From Eledone cirrhosa (taxonomy: Eukaryota), in NCBI GenBank assembly GCA_964016885.1, contig OZ024741.1, positions 212,102,001 to 212,166,000 on the forward strand: DNA of 64,000 nucleotides. The letters run 5' to 3'. A program made the position numbers and the translations under genes. The notes below the pieces were generated by a model, which ran no database searches, had not been told where the DNA came from, and worked only from the letters and a program-made list of their open reading frames with translations. Positions 39,643 through 51,306 of this stretch are shown here, in pieces. Within the stretch, counting starts at the first letter, position 1; every line of letters starts with the position of its first letter.

Positions 39643-39937
39643 TATGGTGGTAAATTCAGTAGCGAGATATCAACAAGAGGAGCCTATTTGATCGAACTTT
39701 GTAATAGAAAAGTGTTCCAATAAATTTCACATGCATGTTTGGGCCTCAGGCTAACAAACACAAAAATCTATCTCCTCTAAATAATGGTTGGTGAAATTCT
39801 TTCAGATAATGTAAATAAATATAAACAGAGACATACATCTTCGATCTGTTGTTTCTGAAATCGAAATCTAATAAAGAAACAATTAAATTGTCTCTATGAT
39901 AATTTTATATTTACCTATATTATATTGTCTGTAATAT

Positions 39938-40015
<78 letters not shown>

Positions 40016-40020
40016 TTTCC

Positions 40021-40058
<38 letters not shown>

Positions 40059-40267
40059 CCTTTCCATTTTTCATCTTAATTAAAATGTTTATATACACAT
40101 TTGTATATATATATATATATTACATATATATCTCTCTCTCTATATATATATATACCTTTTTCCATGTATATATATATATATATATATACACCCTTTCCAT
40201 TTTTCATCTTAATTAAAATGTTTATATACATGTTTGTATGTATATATATATATATATACTATATAGA

Positions 40268-40363
<96 letters not shown>

Positions 40364-40462
40364 ACATATATAACGACACATATATGTTTATATATAATTA
40401 CAGGCATATTCACATGCACTCAGACAGACACACACAAACACACACACCTATATATGTAGAGA

Positions 40463-40500
<38 letters not shown>

Positions 40501-41034
40501 GAGAAGGGAGAGGGAGAGAGAGAGAGAAAGAGATTGTTTACCTTCTGTATGTAGCGTTAAACTAATATAATTTTTTCATTTTACTGTGTTGTTTTCATTT
40601 AAGTTTTAAATATGGTATAAATACATACATACATATACAATACTACTACACCAAACGACCAGCCCTGTCCATTGTTCAATTGGTCAAATATAGATTAAAA
40701 TAGGCACTCCCAAAAATTCTTATTTAGATAAAATAAGCCATATACTCATTGTATTCTCATTAAAAACCTTCTATATACTTGTTTACCAGCAAATTGAACT
40801 GCCATCTGTCATATACTATCCCTTCTCTTCTTCCTTTCTTACAACTAATATAAATACTTTTTTCTGATTTCTTCCAATTTATCCCAAATCTGACTATACA
40901 TTTGCTATCGAATACTTGCTAACATTATATGATTACGCAAGCAGCGATACATAGGTATTCCGTCTGTTACAGAAACATATGTCAATGCCTAATACATTCC
41001 TTTATAAAAGCACTTTCATTTTATATTCATCTTT

Positions 41035-41078
<44 letters not shown>

Positions 41079-41082
<4 letters not shown>

Positions 41083-41258
41083 GGAGCTTCCAACAGTAAT
41101 GGTTTCATTATTTAAGGGTATGTCAATATTTATTTATAAAACTGCTCTATATTATATTTTATCTGATGAAAGCACACCATAATTTAACTTGGTGTCCTTG
41201 AAATATGTATAATGAAATAAATATGATTTTATAAATATAGTTTCCATTTGTTAATATC

Positions 41259-41262
<4 letters not shown>
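41079..41262 (+). mobile_element. Solo lineage C 3' terminus with HHR at 41155-41219
   Basis: tattttat CTGATGA aagcacacca...tggtgtcctt GAAA tatgta TA atgaaata; between two TA tracts. Confidence 0.75.
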
Positions 41263-41302
<40 letters not shown>

Positions 41303-41573
41303 CGGCGATGAATTAGTTTTGCGAGGTTTTTTATATGAAATCGTGTGTCGAAACAGATATTGTTATACTTGGGGAGGGTCATATTTGCGTAATATTGCCA
41401 GAATTAATAACAGAACACACTCACTGTTTGGTTGGTTTTCGCTTCTCGCTGTCTTTTATTATATCTGCGATCTAACTTACTCGGTCCTCAATGTTGCCAT
41501 TGACTGACCGGCGGTCAAAAATAATACAGATACAATATAGACACAAACACATATATATAGTTTACATAATTTA

Positions 41574-41611
41574 CATAAATCTTTCGTTGCACATCTGCAA
41601 CATCGTCAGTG
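41574..41611 (-). ncRNA. Hammerhead-like motif of lineage A; copies at 45178-45215 +, 60344-60381 -, 62771-62808 +, 20771-20808 +
   Basis: ca CTGACGA t gttgca-gatg-tgcaac GAAA gatt TA tg; stems I and III are weak. Confidence 0.55.
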
Positions 41612-42077
41612 GTGTTATATTCATTGTTCCTCCTGTTGTGTTGTATGCCTACGCCATTTTTTATTCAGTCTGTCTATATATTTATTTATTTATTTGCTTG
41701 TTTGTTTATTTTATTTTATTTTGTCTTCTTTGCGCATGCGTTAGCGTGTGTGTATAGTGTTATGTGTGATGTGTGACTAGTGTGTATAGTGTTGTGTCTG
41801 CTGGGTGACTAGTGTGTGTTTATGTGCTTGTTGTTATTGTGCTTGTGTATGTATTTATTTATCTTATTTTATTTAATTTTATTTACTTATTTATACTTCT
41901 CTTAGGTCAGTGTTGTTTGTTTGGGTGTTGTTGTTGTTCCACTCATTCTTTCTGTTTAGCTTTGGTCTTCTAATTTCTATTTCACTGGCCTCTCTGATTT
42001 GCCTATCTGCTGGGTCATTCCTATGTTTAGATATTATTCTAATTTTTATGTTGTCTATGTTACCGTCATGTTGTTGT

Positions 42078-45000
42078 CTAGCATGTTCGTATAGTACTGA
42101 CCCGTTTTTTCGTCCTTTTAGTTCCCCCCCAGTGTTGGTCTATCCTTTCACCTATGCTACGAGCTGTCTCACCTATGTATGTTGTTGTCATGTTTCTGCA
42201 AGTACCCTCTGTACATCTTATGCTATAGACTACGTTTCTAGTTTTACAGTTTATCCGGGGGTTCACCTTACATATGATACACTTCCTATTGATACAGTGG
42301 GTTTTCTTAAAAGGGTAGGTTTTGCTGATCAGGGATTTTATGGTGGTTCCTGGCTTTTCTACCACCTTTATTTTTAAGTGGGTCTTTCTCAGGGCCTTTC
42401 TACACTGGTTAGCTAATTTCCCTCCAGGGGTGGCGTCCACAAACATGACACTCTGATATCTCTGGTTGTCGTACCATGATGTGGCCTTCCCTATCTTATG
42501 TCTAGCCCTATCTAAGCTATTCCATGATTTGCTCCTGTATAGTGGGCAGATTCCTTTCATGTCCAGTTCTATGAGGGTCTTATACTTTTCCATGGCTCCT
42601 TCGTATACTCTGACTCTGTCTCTTTGGTTGTAGCCAGAGAACTGCATGCGGTTGATGAAGTGTTGGATGTGTCCTTCCATTTCTGTTGGGTCGCACATGC
42701 TGGACACATTCTTCATCACTCGTACCAAATCTGCGATCAGAATATTAAACTTAGCACTACTGGACATTGCTGAGTTTTTGAGTATCAGGTATTTGGAGGC
42801 CATGGGTTTAGCATAGTGTGAGTGGAGAATTTGGGCTCTCTCGTCTATAGTGTTAATCCAGAGTTCTGTGTCTAATACAGGTAGTCTATTGTTAGGGTGT
42901 TTGGAAGGGAAGTCTATAGTTACAGTTATACTCTGGTGTATGGAATTAGCTATCTGCTGGATGCTTTCCATCGTGCTACGTTCTAAATCGAACTTGTTAG
43001 TGCTCTCTAGTGGGGGTGTTCTTATAACTATATTGATATCATCTACATAACGAGAGTACATGATGAGGTATATGGAGCTTTCATTAAGGAGATCTTTAAG
43101 TCTCCTTTCCCACCATACCATAAAAAGGTTGGCAACATCACCAGCTATGCTGACGCCGATGGCTGCTCCCTCATTTTGGGTGTAGATTTTCTCATTGAAC
43201 TTAAATATGTGGCCCTTTAGGGTAGTTTTGATACTAGCCCCTATTACATGTGCGACCATTTTTCTTACCTGATCAGTGTTTTGGGGGGTCCGTATGGCTT
43301 TGGTCCACCCAATCCACCTTCCTATGGGAGTCTTTTTAGCCATTGAGGTTATGGTGGGGGGTCTACCTCTTATAGGTCTACTAGGGCAGAAACATCTAAG
43401 GTCATGGCTGTCTAGGTAGTCAGTGTCGTAGGTAAGTCTAAGTAGGAGGCCCAGCTCGTCTGTGTCGACGTCGCAGAACTCCACCTCACTCTCAATGATC
43501 ATCTCCACACATCTTTTCACAGCAAAATCAATGTTAATGGATGGGTACAGTGACACTACATCCATGCTGCCTATTATGCAGTTGGATAGGCTCCTGTTTT
43601 TGTTGCACTCACTGATTCGGCTGAGGAGGTCCTCTGTACTTTCACATACATCTGGGGACATCTTGATTATTGGGCGTATAACCATTGAGAGGAAGTAGGA
43701 GATCCTGTAGTTGCTAGCTATATTAGCTCCGCATACGGGTCTTGTTGGTGGTCCTGTTGTCGGGTCGTCGACTGTCTTGTGGTCTTTGCGGAGCCCATAC
43801 AAGGGTGGTATGCCATTGTTAGACGCCTGGAAGTTGTTGGCAGTGCGTCTGCTTGGCTTTAGGATCTCAGTCCACATCATCATGTGAGCGTTGAGGATTT
43901 TTTCTCTCCCATCGTGTGTTATTTGTGCAACTTCGCTCGTGTTGGTGATGTGGGGTTGCATTGCCTCGATGTAGTTCGGCATGCTATCTATTGACATCCT
44001 ACCAGACTTATCTGTGGGTAGACACACTATCTCACCATCCCTTGTGCGCTGCTTGAGGCTAACCAAGCCTTCTACAGGTTTTCTCCCAAGTTGTTGGGCC
44101 TCTGGTCTGCTCTGTCTCATAGTGTACCTGTCTACTACCTGTCTAATCTTATTTCTAGCTATGGTGAACTGTGCCTCCGTCTCGTCATCTATTTGCTGTG
44201 GTATGCAAACTCTTTTATTAAAGGGTAACCTCGTAGGATAGATATTACCCATCTTATATGTTTTGTCAGCTGGGTTGAAAAATAGTTTCTCTAAGGGGTT
44301 GTCGTTATTTCTATCTTCATAGTTGTGTGTGTTGCTATTATTGTTATCATGGTGGTTGTTGTTGTTTCTATCATTAGCATTATTATTATTATTGTTATGA
44401 TTGCTAGATGTATTGTTGTTTACTTCACCGTTATTGTTGTTGTTGTTACTGCTATTTCTACCATTGTGGTTGTTACTATTATTATGTTTCTTGTTTTTGT
44501 TGATGTTGCTACATGTACTATTTTCATTATTACCACTGTGGTTATTGTTGTTGTTGTTCGTATTGTTACCGTTATTACTACTGTGGTCACTGTTGCTGTG
44601 TCTGTGGTTAACGTTTCTATTATTATTATTATTGTGGTTGTTGTTGTTCCGTCTATCGCTAGTATTGTTGCCATTATCACTATTTCTCACTTTCCTGCCA
44701 TTGTTATGGTTATAGCTGTTATTTCTATACCCAGAGTTATTGTTTATATTATTACTACCGTTATTATTGTTGTTGTTGTTTACCTTTGCATTCCAACGTA
44801 TTTTTGTGAAACACTTTTCCAGCTCCGTTTTGCATTCCATAGGGTTAATCTTTTTGTAGATGGCAAATTTTGGTGGTAACCTTAGGATTTGTTGTTCTTG
44901 TTTGCTGATTAAAGTGTTCCCATAGATATTTACTGTGTGGTCATTGGTAAATTCTTCCGGTAGTTTTACATCACTCATACGGATATTGTCGATGTTATCT

Positions 45001-45128
45001 GGGTATTTTTGAGAATATTCGATTTTCCTTTCTTGTAGTTTTTTCTTATTCATCCATTCTAATTTCTTCTTGAAATGCCTACAGCATTCGTTTTGAGCAT
45101 ATTTCGTTTCGCGTCGGATGACGCTCAT
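42078..45128 (-). CDS. PLE reverse transcriptase plus GIY-YIG endonuclease, 1016 aa; 5'-truncated; +1 frameshift near 42127, homologous stop at 41891
   Basis: PTDKSGR, YGLRKDHK, RPVCGA, GSMDVVSLYPSI, GAAIG, RYVDD, LPVLD, C-x4-C-x2-C, NVVYSIRC, YIGETAR. Frame stays open upstream to the inversion junction near 45173. Confidence 0.93.
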   Translation of the reverse strand: MSVIRRETKYAQNECCRHFKKKLEWMNKKKLQERKIEYSQKYPDNIDNIRMSDVKLPEEFTNDHTVNIYGNTLISKQEQQILRLPPKFAIYKKINPMECKTELEKCFTKIRWNAKVNNNNNNNGSNNINNNSGYRNNSYNHNNGRKVRNSDNGNNTSDRRNNNNHNNNNNRNVNHRHSNSDHSSNNGNNTNNNNNNHSGNNENSTCSNINKNKKHNNSNNHNGRNSSNNNNNNGEVNNNTSSNHNNNNNNANDRNNNNHHDNNNSNTHNYEDRNNDNPLEKLFFNPADKTYKMGNIYPTRLPFNKRVCIPQQIDDETEAQFTIARNKIRQVVDRYTMRQSRPEAQQLGRKPVEGLVSLKQRTRDGEIVCLPTDKSGRMSIDSMPNYIEAMQPHITNTSEVAQITHDGREKILNAHMMMWTEILKPSRRTANNFQASNNGIPPLYGLRKDHKTVDDPTTGPPTRPVCGANIASNYRISYFLSMVIRPIIKMSPDVCESTEDLLSRISECNKNRSLSNCIIGSMDVVSLYPSINIDFAVKRCVEMIIESEVEFCDVDTDELGLLLRLTYDTDYLDSHDLRCFCPSRPIRGRPPTITSMAKKTPIGRWIGWTKAIRTPQNTDQVRKMVAHVIGASIKTTLKGHIFKFNEKIYTQNEGAAIGVSIAGDVANLFMVWWERRLKDLLNESSIYLIMYSRYVDDINIVIRTPPLESTNKFDLERSTMESIQQIANSIHQSITVTIDFPSKHPNNRLPVLDTELWINTIDERAQILHSHYAKPMASKYLILKNSAMSSSAKFNILIADLVRVMKNVSSMCDPTEMEGHIQHFINRMQFSGYNQRDRVRVYEGAMEKYKTLIELDMKGICPLYRSKSWNSLDRARHKIGKATSWYDNQRYQSVMFVDATPGGKLANQCRKALRKTHLKIKVVEKPGTTIKSLISKTYPFKKTHCINRKCIICKVNPRINCKTRNVVYSIRCTEGTCRNMTTTYIGETARSIGERIDQHWGGTKRTKKRVSTIRTC

Positions 45129-45426
45129 GAAGTCGTCTCTCTCGTTTGCTGTGATGAGATTTCGGATTTCCTTACACCACTGACGATGTTGCAGATGTGC
45201 AACGAAAGATTTATGTAAATTATGTAAACTATATATATATATATGTGTTTGTGTCTATATTGTATCTGTATTATTTTTGACCGCCGGTCAGTCAATGGCA
45301 ACATTGAGGACCGAGTAAGTTAGATCGCAGATATAATAAAAGACAGTGAGAAGCGAAAACCAACCAAACAGTGAGTGTGTTCTGTTATTAATTCTGGCAA
45401 TATTACGCAAATATGACCCTCCCCAA

Positions 45427-45503
<77 letters not shown>

Positions 45504-45990
45504 TAGATATATAGATATTTATTTATTTATATATATATATTTATATATATATATAAATACAGCAAATTAAGACATCGGCGATGCTAGGCACTTTATCAAT
45601 TATGATTTCTAAACCTTCATATTGGTGCATGGCAATAATAGAGTTTTATGAACCTATAGAATCATGGAACTCTTAACACACTCCCACCCACACACACAGA
45701 CACCTAGATACATATGTATATATATGTATATATATATGATATTCCCCTTGTATATATAATTGATTATAGAGAGACTTTTTTCACAACCGTTTTCTTTTCC
45801 TATCTCTTCACGGTTCTATCTTTCTATTTCATCTTCTATTTCTCGTTCTATCTTTTCATGAAAGTCTAGTGTGTTAAACGTATGAAACCTTTCCCTCTTA
45901 TATCAAGCATTTATATCAATATAAATTTTTTATAGTATGGTAGTAAGGTGTATTATTTGTTGTTTCCGTTTGCCTTTTGCATAGAAGTGT

Positions 45991-46049
<59 letters not shown>

Positions 46050-46142
46050 TTTGGTGAATCACCACTGGGTAGAATTGGTCGTTTTGTAATGTTAACCACA
46101 ATGTAATTGTCCTGCCTCCTGTCATTTTACTCTACAATATAA

Positions 46143-46711
46143 TCTATATAAAACTGAGGATGTATGTGTGTGTGTGTCTGTGTGTTTGAATCCCTAAAAC
46201 TCGAGAAGTACCCGACTTTTTGATCCCGTAGGGACGGCATTAGGTGAAAAACTGCGTTTTTTTCAACTTTTTAGGGGTCCTTTGAGGCGTTAGGTCAGAC
46301 TGATTTCCTTAAAATTATAACTATGTATTAATCAGTCTCTTCTTCATACCATGAGCAAAGAAAATCCGACTTTTTGTTATGGCCTAGGGCCCGCATTAGG
46401 TGAAAAACTTCATTTTTTCAGCTTTTTAGGGCTTTTATTAGGCGTTACGTCTAGCCGATGTTCCCGAAATTTCAAGGCATATTATACACATAAAAAAGAT
46501 TCATTTTCTTGATCCCCTAGGACCCGCATTAGGTGAAAACCTGCATTTTTCCTGCTTCATCGAGGAAAACCTCAAAGATTATGCAGCCATCAGCGTATTC
46601 AGTTTATTTTCTTTACATATTGTCCAGGCTGCAGTTTTGCCAAGATTAGGTCTGTTGGCGGCACGCGTTCCAAAATACCTTATCCCGTGCAACGCCGGGT
46701 ACCACTGCTAA
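46143..46711 (+). mobile_element. Non-autonomous Helitron-like element
   Basis: 5' a|TCTATATAAAA followed by a (TG) run; 3' hairpin cccg-tgcaacgc-cggg then CTAA; three internal gcattaggtgaaaa repeats. Confidence 0.65.
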
Positions 46712-46736
46712 CATTATATGTATACATATAATATAT

Positions 46737-47362
46737 ATATATAAAGTTGTAGTTCCTGCCTGTTTGTTGGTTTGTTCACGAACACCTCCTATGGTTCACG
46801 AACACCTCCTATGTTTTTGGAGATAGACCCCATAGCGATATATATTCTGAAACAACATTGATCAGGGTACTTGGATAAGTATATTTCATTTTAATCCAAG
46901 GGTTCTCCGGGGGCACCCCCGCGACACAAACCCAGCTGAAAATTTTCTCCCTTCGATTTATATGAAATTTAACCATAGGTAAATGACAAGATATCATGCC
47001 TATTCACACAATTTCAGCAAATTTCAATAATATTAAGGCACCCTAATGGGGGTTAAACTCCCTATAGTGAAATTTTTCTGAAGCCCATAACTTGAGTATT
47101 GGAATCTCTATTATAACGGGGTTTTTCTATTAATTAAACGTAAATCAACAAAAATAGGTGCTCTCTTTGAATTTGTCTAATTTAGACATTTTATCTATGG
47201 CAAAACATCACTAGAATTACAACAAAAGTTATTAGTTAATTACTTTTTTAACATTTTCCTTTTATTTTTTCTCCATAAATTATATCCCTGATTTAAAATC
47301 AATCATCATTTTCTTACAAAACAAATGTGTGAAACGCAGCAAGGCGTGGGTAATTCAGCTAG
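46737..47362 (+). mobile_element. Possible second non-autonomous Helitron
   Basis: 3' end acgcagcaaggcgtgggtaattcagCTAG|t; 5' end is degenerate. Confidence 0.45.
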
Positions 47363-47381
47363 TATTATACATATATATATA

Positions 47382-47441
<60 letters not shown>

Positions 47442-47646
47442 AGATCACGTCAGGCTATTGGTACCATGTAATACATTACAATCTGCTTCATGGTCGACTA
47501 AATTGGCTTCCCAACTGGTGAGGAGGATAAGTGGTCTGGTGTGGAGGGTAAGTGGAGGCTCAGCAGCACAAAAACAAGAACTAATAAAAGGGAAGAACTC
47601 CTGAGGGTACCCCCCCACCCCCCAAAAAACTCTCTCTTTATATATA

Positions 47647-48856
47647 TAACGAAGGAAGTGTGGTAAGGAACCAGGTGGACCATAACGCACCACAGTACCA
47701 AACAAAGCCTATATAGGATTAACCACCTGTGACTTTAAGACCCGATTCTACCAACACCAACATACGATCAGAAACCCAGCCCGGCGACATGCCACTACAT
47801 TTTCGGGCCATATTTGGGACCTCCAAGATAAAAAGATAACATATCATCTTAGTTGGAGCTTACTTTCCAAGGCTAACTCCTACTCGGGGGGGGGGGGGGG
47901 GATGCCGTCCGTGTAACTTATGCTCGGAGGAAACTATACAAATGCTGTTTAGGAAGGACCAACTCCTAAACAAAAAAGACGAACTTGTAATCGCATGTAA
48001 ACACCGATTACGTAAGACTTACCTCGCCTTCAAACCCCCTCGTGACCCGGGTGGGTAGACAATGGCTGTAACATCTTTCTTTTCCCCACTTGCCGATCAA
48101 GATAGGGGAAACCCCAGCACACATAGGTAGATGTAATAATTTTCTTCTTTTCCTTTTATCTCTTCTTCTCACTTCCTTCCACTCCCTCTCCTCTTCCTAT
48201 TCCTTTTTCCTCTTTTGCTTACCCTGGGGCAGCCCATCGGTTTTTGTAGCCTCAGTACCCCCACCCCGCGAAATCTATGTAGCATTGGCTGAAAACACAA
48301 AACCAGCTAAAAATATAGCAGTTGTTTCTTTTTTTTGGGGGGGGGGGGGGGTGCATCGTTATTGATATTTTACAGCTATGAGATGAAGCCCCGGGCGTAC
48401 TGAATTAGATGTATTTTATTAATCCCGGTTTTCTTGTTTTAGACTCTAGTTCTTTAATTTTATAATTTCGCATCTTTCAGATTCCTGTATAATTCTATTT
48501 TCGCTTGCCTTTTAGCTAGCCTACTTTATCCACACTCTTTAGAAATAGCAGCATCGAATTTACTTTTAACTCTTGACCGGCTTCACCCATTTCTTCTTTG
48601 TTCTACAGGCAAGTTCAGCCACCCCCACCTCCTACCCGCCGCCATGAATGATTTAACTGTTTTTACAAAGAACTTCGACCACGCCATTCGATAACTACAA
48701 CCTTCAGAAATGCCTGACTATCGCATGCCCATATATGGAATTATACCTTGAAGAGTTCGGTTATATCAACACCACGCTACAAATTTGATTTAGTCCAGAA
48801 ATAGCCGTCGAAACGGCTTGAGCTCTGTCGTCCAGGTCCTGACTCTTTTCTTATTT
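47647..48856 (+). mobile_element. 5'-truncated PLE (lineage C-like), probable parent family of the fold-back mini-elements
   Basis: Inverted terminal ~50 nt at 47647-47697, then an endonuclease fragment and a UTR ending ccagaaatagccgtcgaaacggcttgagctctg...ctcttttctta. Confidence 0.75.
47701..48058 (+). pseudogene. GIY-YIG C-terminal half, not in the ORF track; frameshift in the G run near 47890
   Basis: Hand translation NKAYIGLTTCDFKTRFYQH...HIWDLQ...W...; CNLCSEE...LLNKKDELVIACKH. Confidence 0.85.
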
Positions 48857-48877
48857 CTTTATATATATATATATAGT

Positions 48878-49055
48878 AATAATAATTGTTTCTACTTTTG
48901 GCACAAGGCCAGCAATTAGCCAGTACATTACTGGTACTTTATTTTATCGACCCCGTAAGGATGAAAGGCAAAGTTAACCGTGGCGGGATTTGAACTCAGA
49001 ATGGCAAGGGTCGTAACTCTATGAGTCAAAGCATGGCGTTCGACCCGCTACCGAT
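48878..49055 (-). mobile_element. SINE S1
   Basis: Reverse complement of S1. Confidence 0.85.
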
Positions 49056-49231
49056 AAATGTGAAGACTAAAATCCAAAGAGGCCTCGATGAGGAAAAATA
49101 TATATCAAATATATAAGAACCCTAGAGCAAATATTTATTAAAATAACAGATTAAAGTTTAAGCAAAGAATCGTTAAGGGTGAAAGCAGCGATTCTTCACT
49201 TAAACTTTAATCTGTTATTTTAATATATATA

Positions 49232-49294
<63 letters not shown>

Positions 49295-50459
49295 AAAGAG
49301 AGAGAGAGAGAGAGAGGGAGAGTGAAAGAGAGAGAGAGATAAATTGACAGATATTTCGATACAGAGATTGAGTGAGCTCACTCTCTGTATCGATGTATCT
49401 GTCGCTCACTCTCTGTATCGATGTATCTGTCAACTTCTCTCTCTCTCTCCCCCCTCTCTCTCTCTCTCTCTTTCTCTCTCTCTATATATATATATATAAG
49501 GGAGAGAGAGTAGGAAGGAGAGATTGGAGAGATAGAATATACAAGGAACGTAATTGTCCAACGAATACAGACCGTCCAGGTAACAGAGAAACATAAAATG
49601 GAGACAAACCTTGAAGTTAAATCTAACGAATTATAACGTTGAAGAAACATTTAAGTTATTTTTAGGAACGAAAATTGAGATGAGATTCTGCATTTCCAAT
49701 TTATATATTGTGGAATGTAAGCAGTTGAAACCCCCTCCCCATTTCTTTTGTTCCATCAAATACTTTCCTATGAAAGTGACTTCCTGCTCTTTATTAAAAA
49801 TTATGTCTCGGTTATCGAAGCCAAAAAGACTTCATTTTTTTCTATTTCTACCCCCCCCCCCCCATGCCGTGTATTTTATGACTGTTTCTATGAATATCCG
49901 TCGGTAGCCACGTTCACAACAATCGGTGCAGTATTTTAGAAATAACCACCTTTGCTGGTCTTTTGATGATAAATATTTCTTTTAAGGTAATCCTTCCTCA
50001 CGTAACTAATAACGACTGACAGACAAATTCTTGGAATTGTTCCAAAGCCTTCAATACATTGGATTTTGAAAGTTCATCTTGGTAAAACGCCAGCTTTCTA
50101 CATGCTGCCAAAATTGTCCTCAGTGTTCTTGTCAATATCTGAAAGGAAATCTGCTAGCATGCAATTGACGACCGATGTTGGCATGATTTTTCAGTTGCTC
50201 TCTGACAGAAATCATTGTTCGGACTCCATTTTGAAACGTTTTAGATTCCTTATTAGTTACACTACAACTGACAAAACAAACAAACAAACTAAAAAACATG
50301 GTTGTATTTATTATTATCTACATTTTCATCTAGAGTTTTTCCAGTGTGTAATTTGAAACGACTTGTTCTTTCACAACTTGCAGTAATTTAACATCGATGA
50401 AAATGTGTAATTTAATAATGAGGTGTGAATATGTTTATTTATGCTGCGAAGGATGTCAA

Positions 50460-50700
50460 CCCAGCATAGCTAAGAGGTTAAGAGGCTTGCTTCGCAATAA
50501 GCAGGCCCCGGGTTCAATCCGACTGCGTGGCATTATCGACAAGTGCTATTTGTGAAGGAAATTGGGTAGAAGGGGAAACAGTTTGGAAGTTCGTCAAATG
50601 GACGATACCTATAATGAAAAGGACCACTCTTGTCACACACTGTGTTACGTTGAATCTCCCTGAAAGTTACGTTAAAGGTAAACATATCTCTGGAATACGC
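50460..50700 (+). mobile_element. tRNA-derived SINE S2
   Basis: tagctaagaggttaagagg (A-box-like) and ggttcaatcc (B-box), followed by a non-tRNA body. Confidence 0.65.
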
Positions 50701-51126
50701 GTGTTACTTTCATGAAGCAGTTCCCTTCATCGAAAAACTAAGATGCTATGTAAGAAGAGAAATGGTATCCGGAATGGGTAGAAGAAACGATTGACAATAT
50801 AAAGGAAAATACTTAATTATGTATTCCTATTTTACCCCGTGGAAATTCCACGATTTAATTAGAAACATCCCCGAATATTATAGGTCAATATGATATTTTA
50901 AATGATAATTTTATAAGACACACACACAGACCCTCGGAACTCTTTTCCTTCCCACTTTTCTCCTGGTGAAAGGCTTATACCCGAAACGTCGTCCCCCACC
51001 CCTCACTCTCAAGCGTGAACCTAATACTAACACTTTGTACTGCACTCTTTGTTTTGTTTTTGTTTTTTGTTTTAACATATATATATATGACAAGTAAGTA
51101 CGTTTTGAAACAGTGAGCGAGTTTGA

Positions 51127-51306
51127 AATTAGAAATAGAAGCTTTCACCGTATTTTTTTACTAAAGAAATTTTACCCTGATAATGAGTATTAACGTACGT
51201 GTACGTCAATACTCATCTTTTTCCATTTCTCTGAGGGTTATAAACCCCACTATCAGGCTAAAGTTTCTTTAGTCAAAAGATTCGGTGAAAGCTTCCATTT
51301 CTAATT
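51127..51306. repeat. 180-bp fold-back element with internal hairpins
   Basis: aattagaaatagaagctttcaccg / cggtgaaagcttccatttctaatt arms; ends at a TA tract. Confidence 0.75.

Larger units (their letters stand above)
41301..45431 (-). mobile_element. Long, young PLE, lineage A (Nematis/Neptune-type linker), with inverted 3' end upstream
   Basis: 41365-41615 is the reverse complement of 45174-45431; (TA)n on both sides; long RT-endonuclease ORF. Confidence 0.95.

Noticed and set aside
44325-44879. Hydrophobic 184-aa and 104-aa plus-strand ORFs resembling membrane proteins
   Set aside because: They are antisense readings of the Asn-rich AAC/AAT tract.
50462-50530. Possible tRNA gene
   Set aside because: It has A/B boxes but no convincing cloverleaf, and it continues into a repeat body, so it is a SINE head.
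50960-50995. Further HHR-like traces here and near 7650-7680, 48390, 53005-53040 and 53521-53555
   Set aside because: Too many core changes or missing stems, so they were left out of the count.
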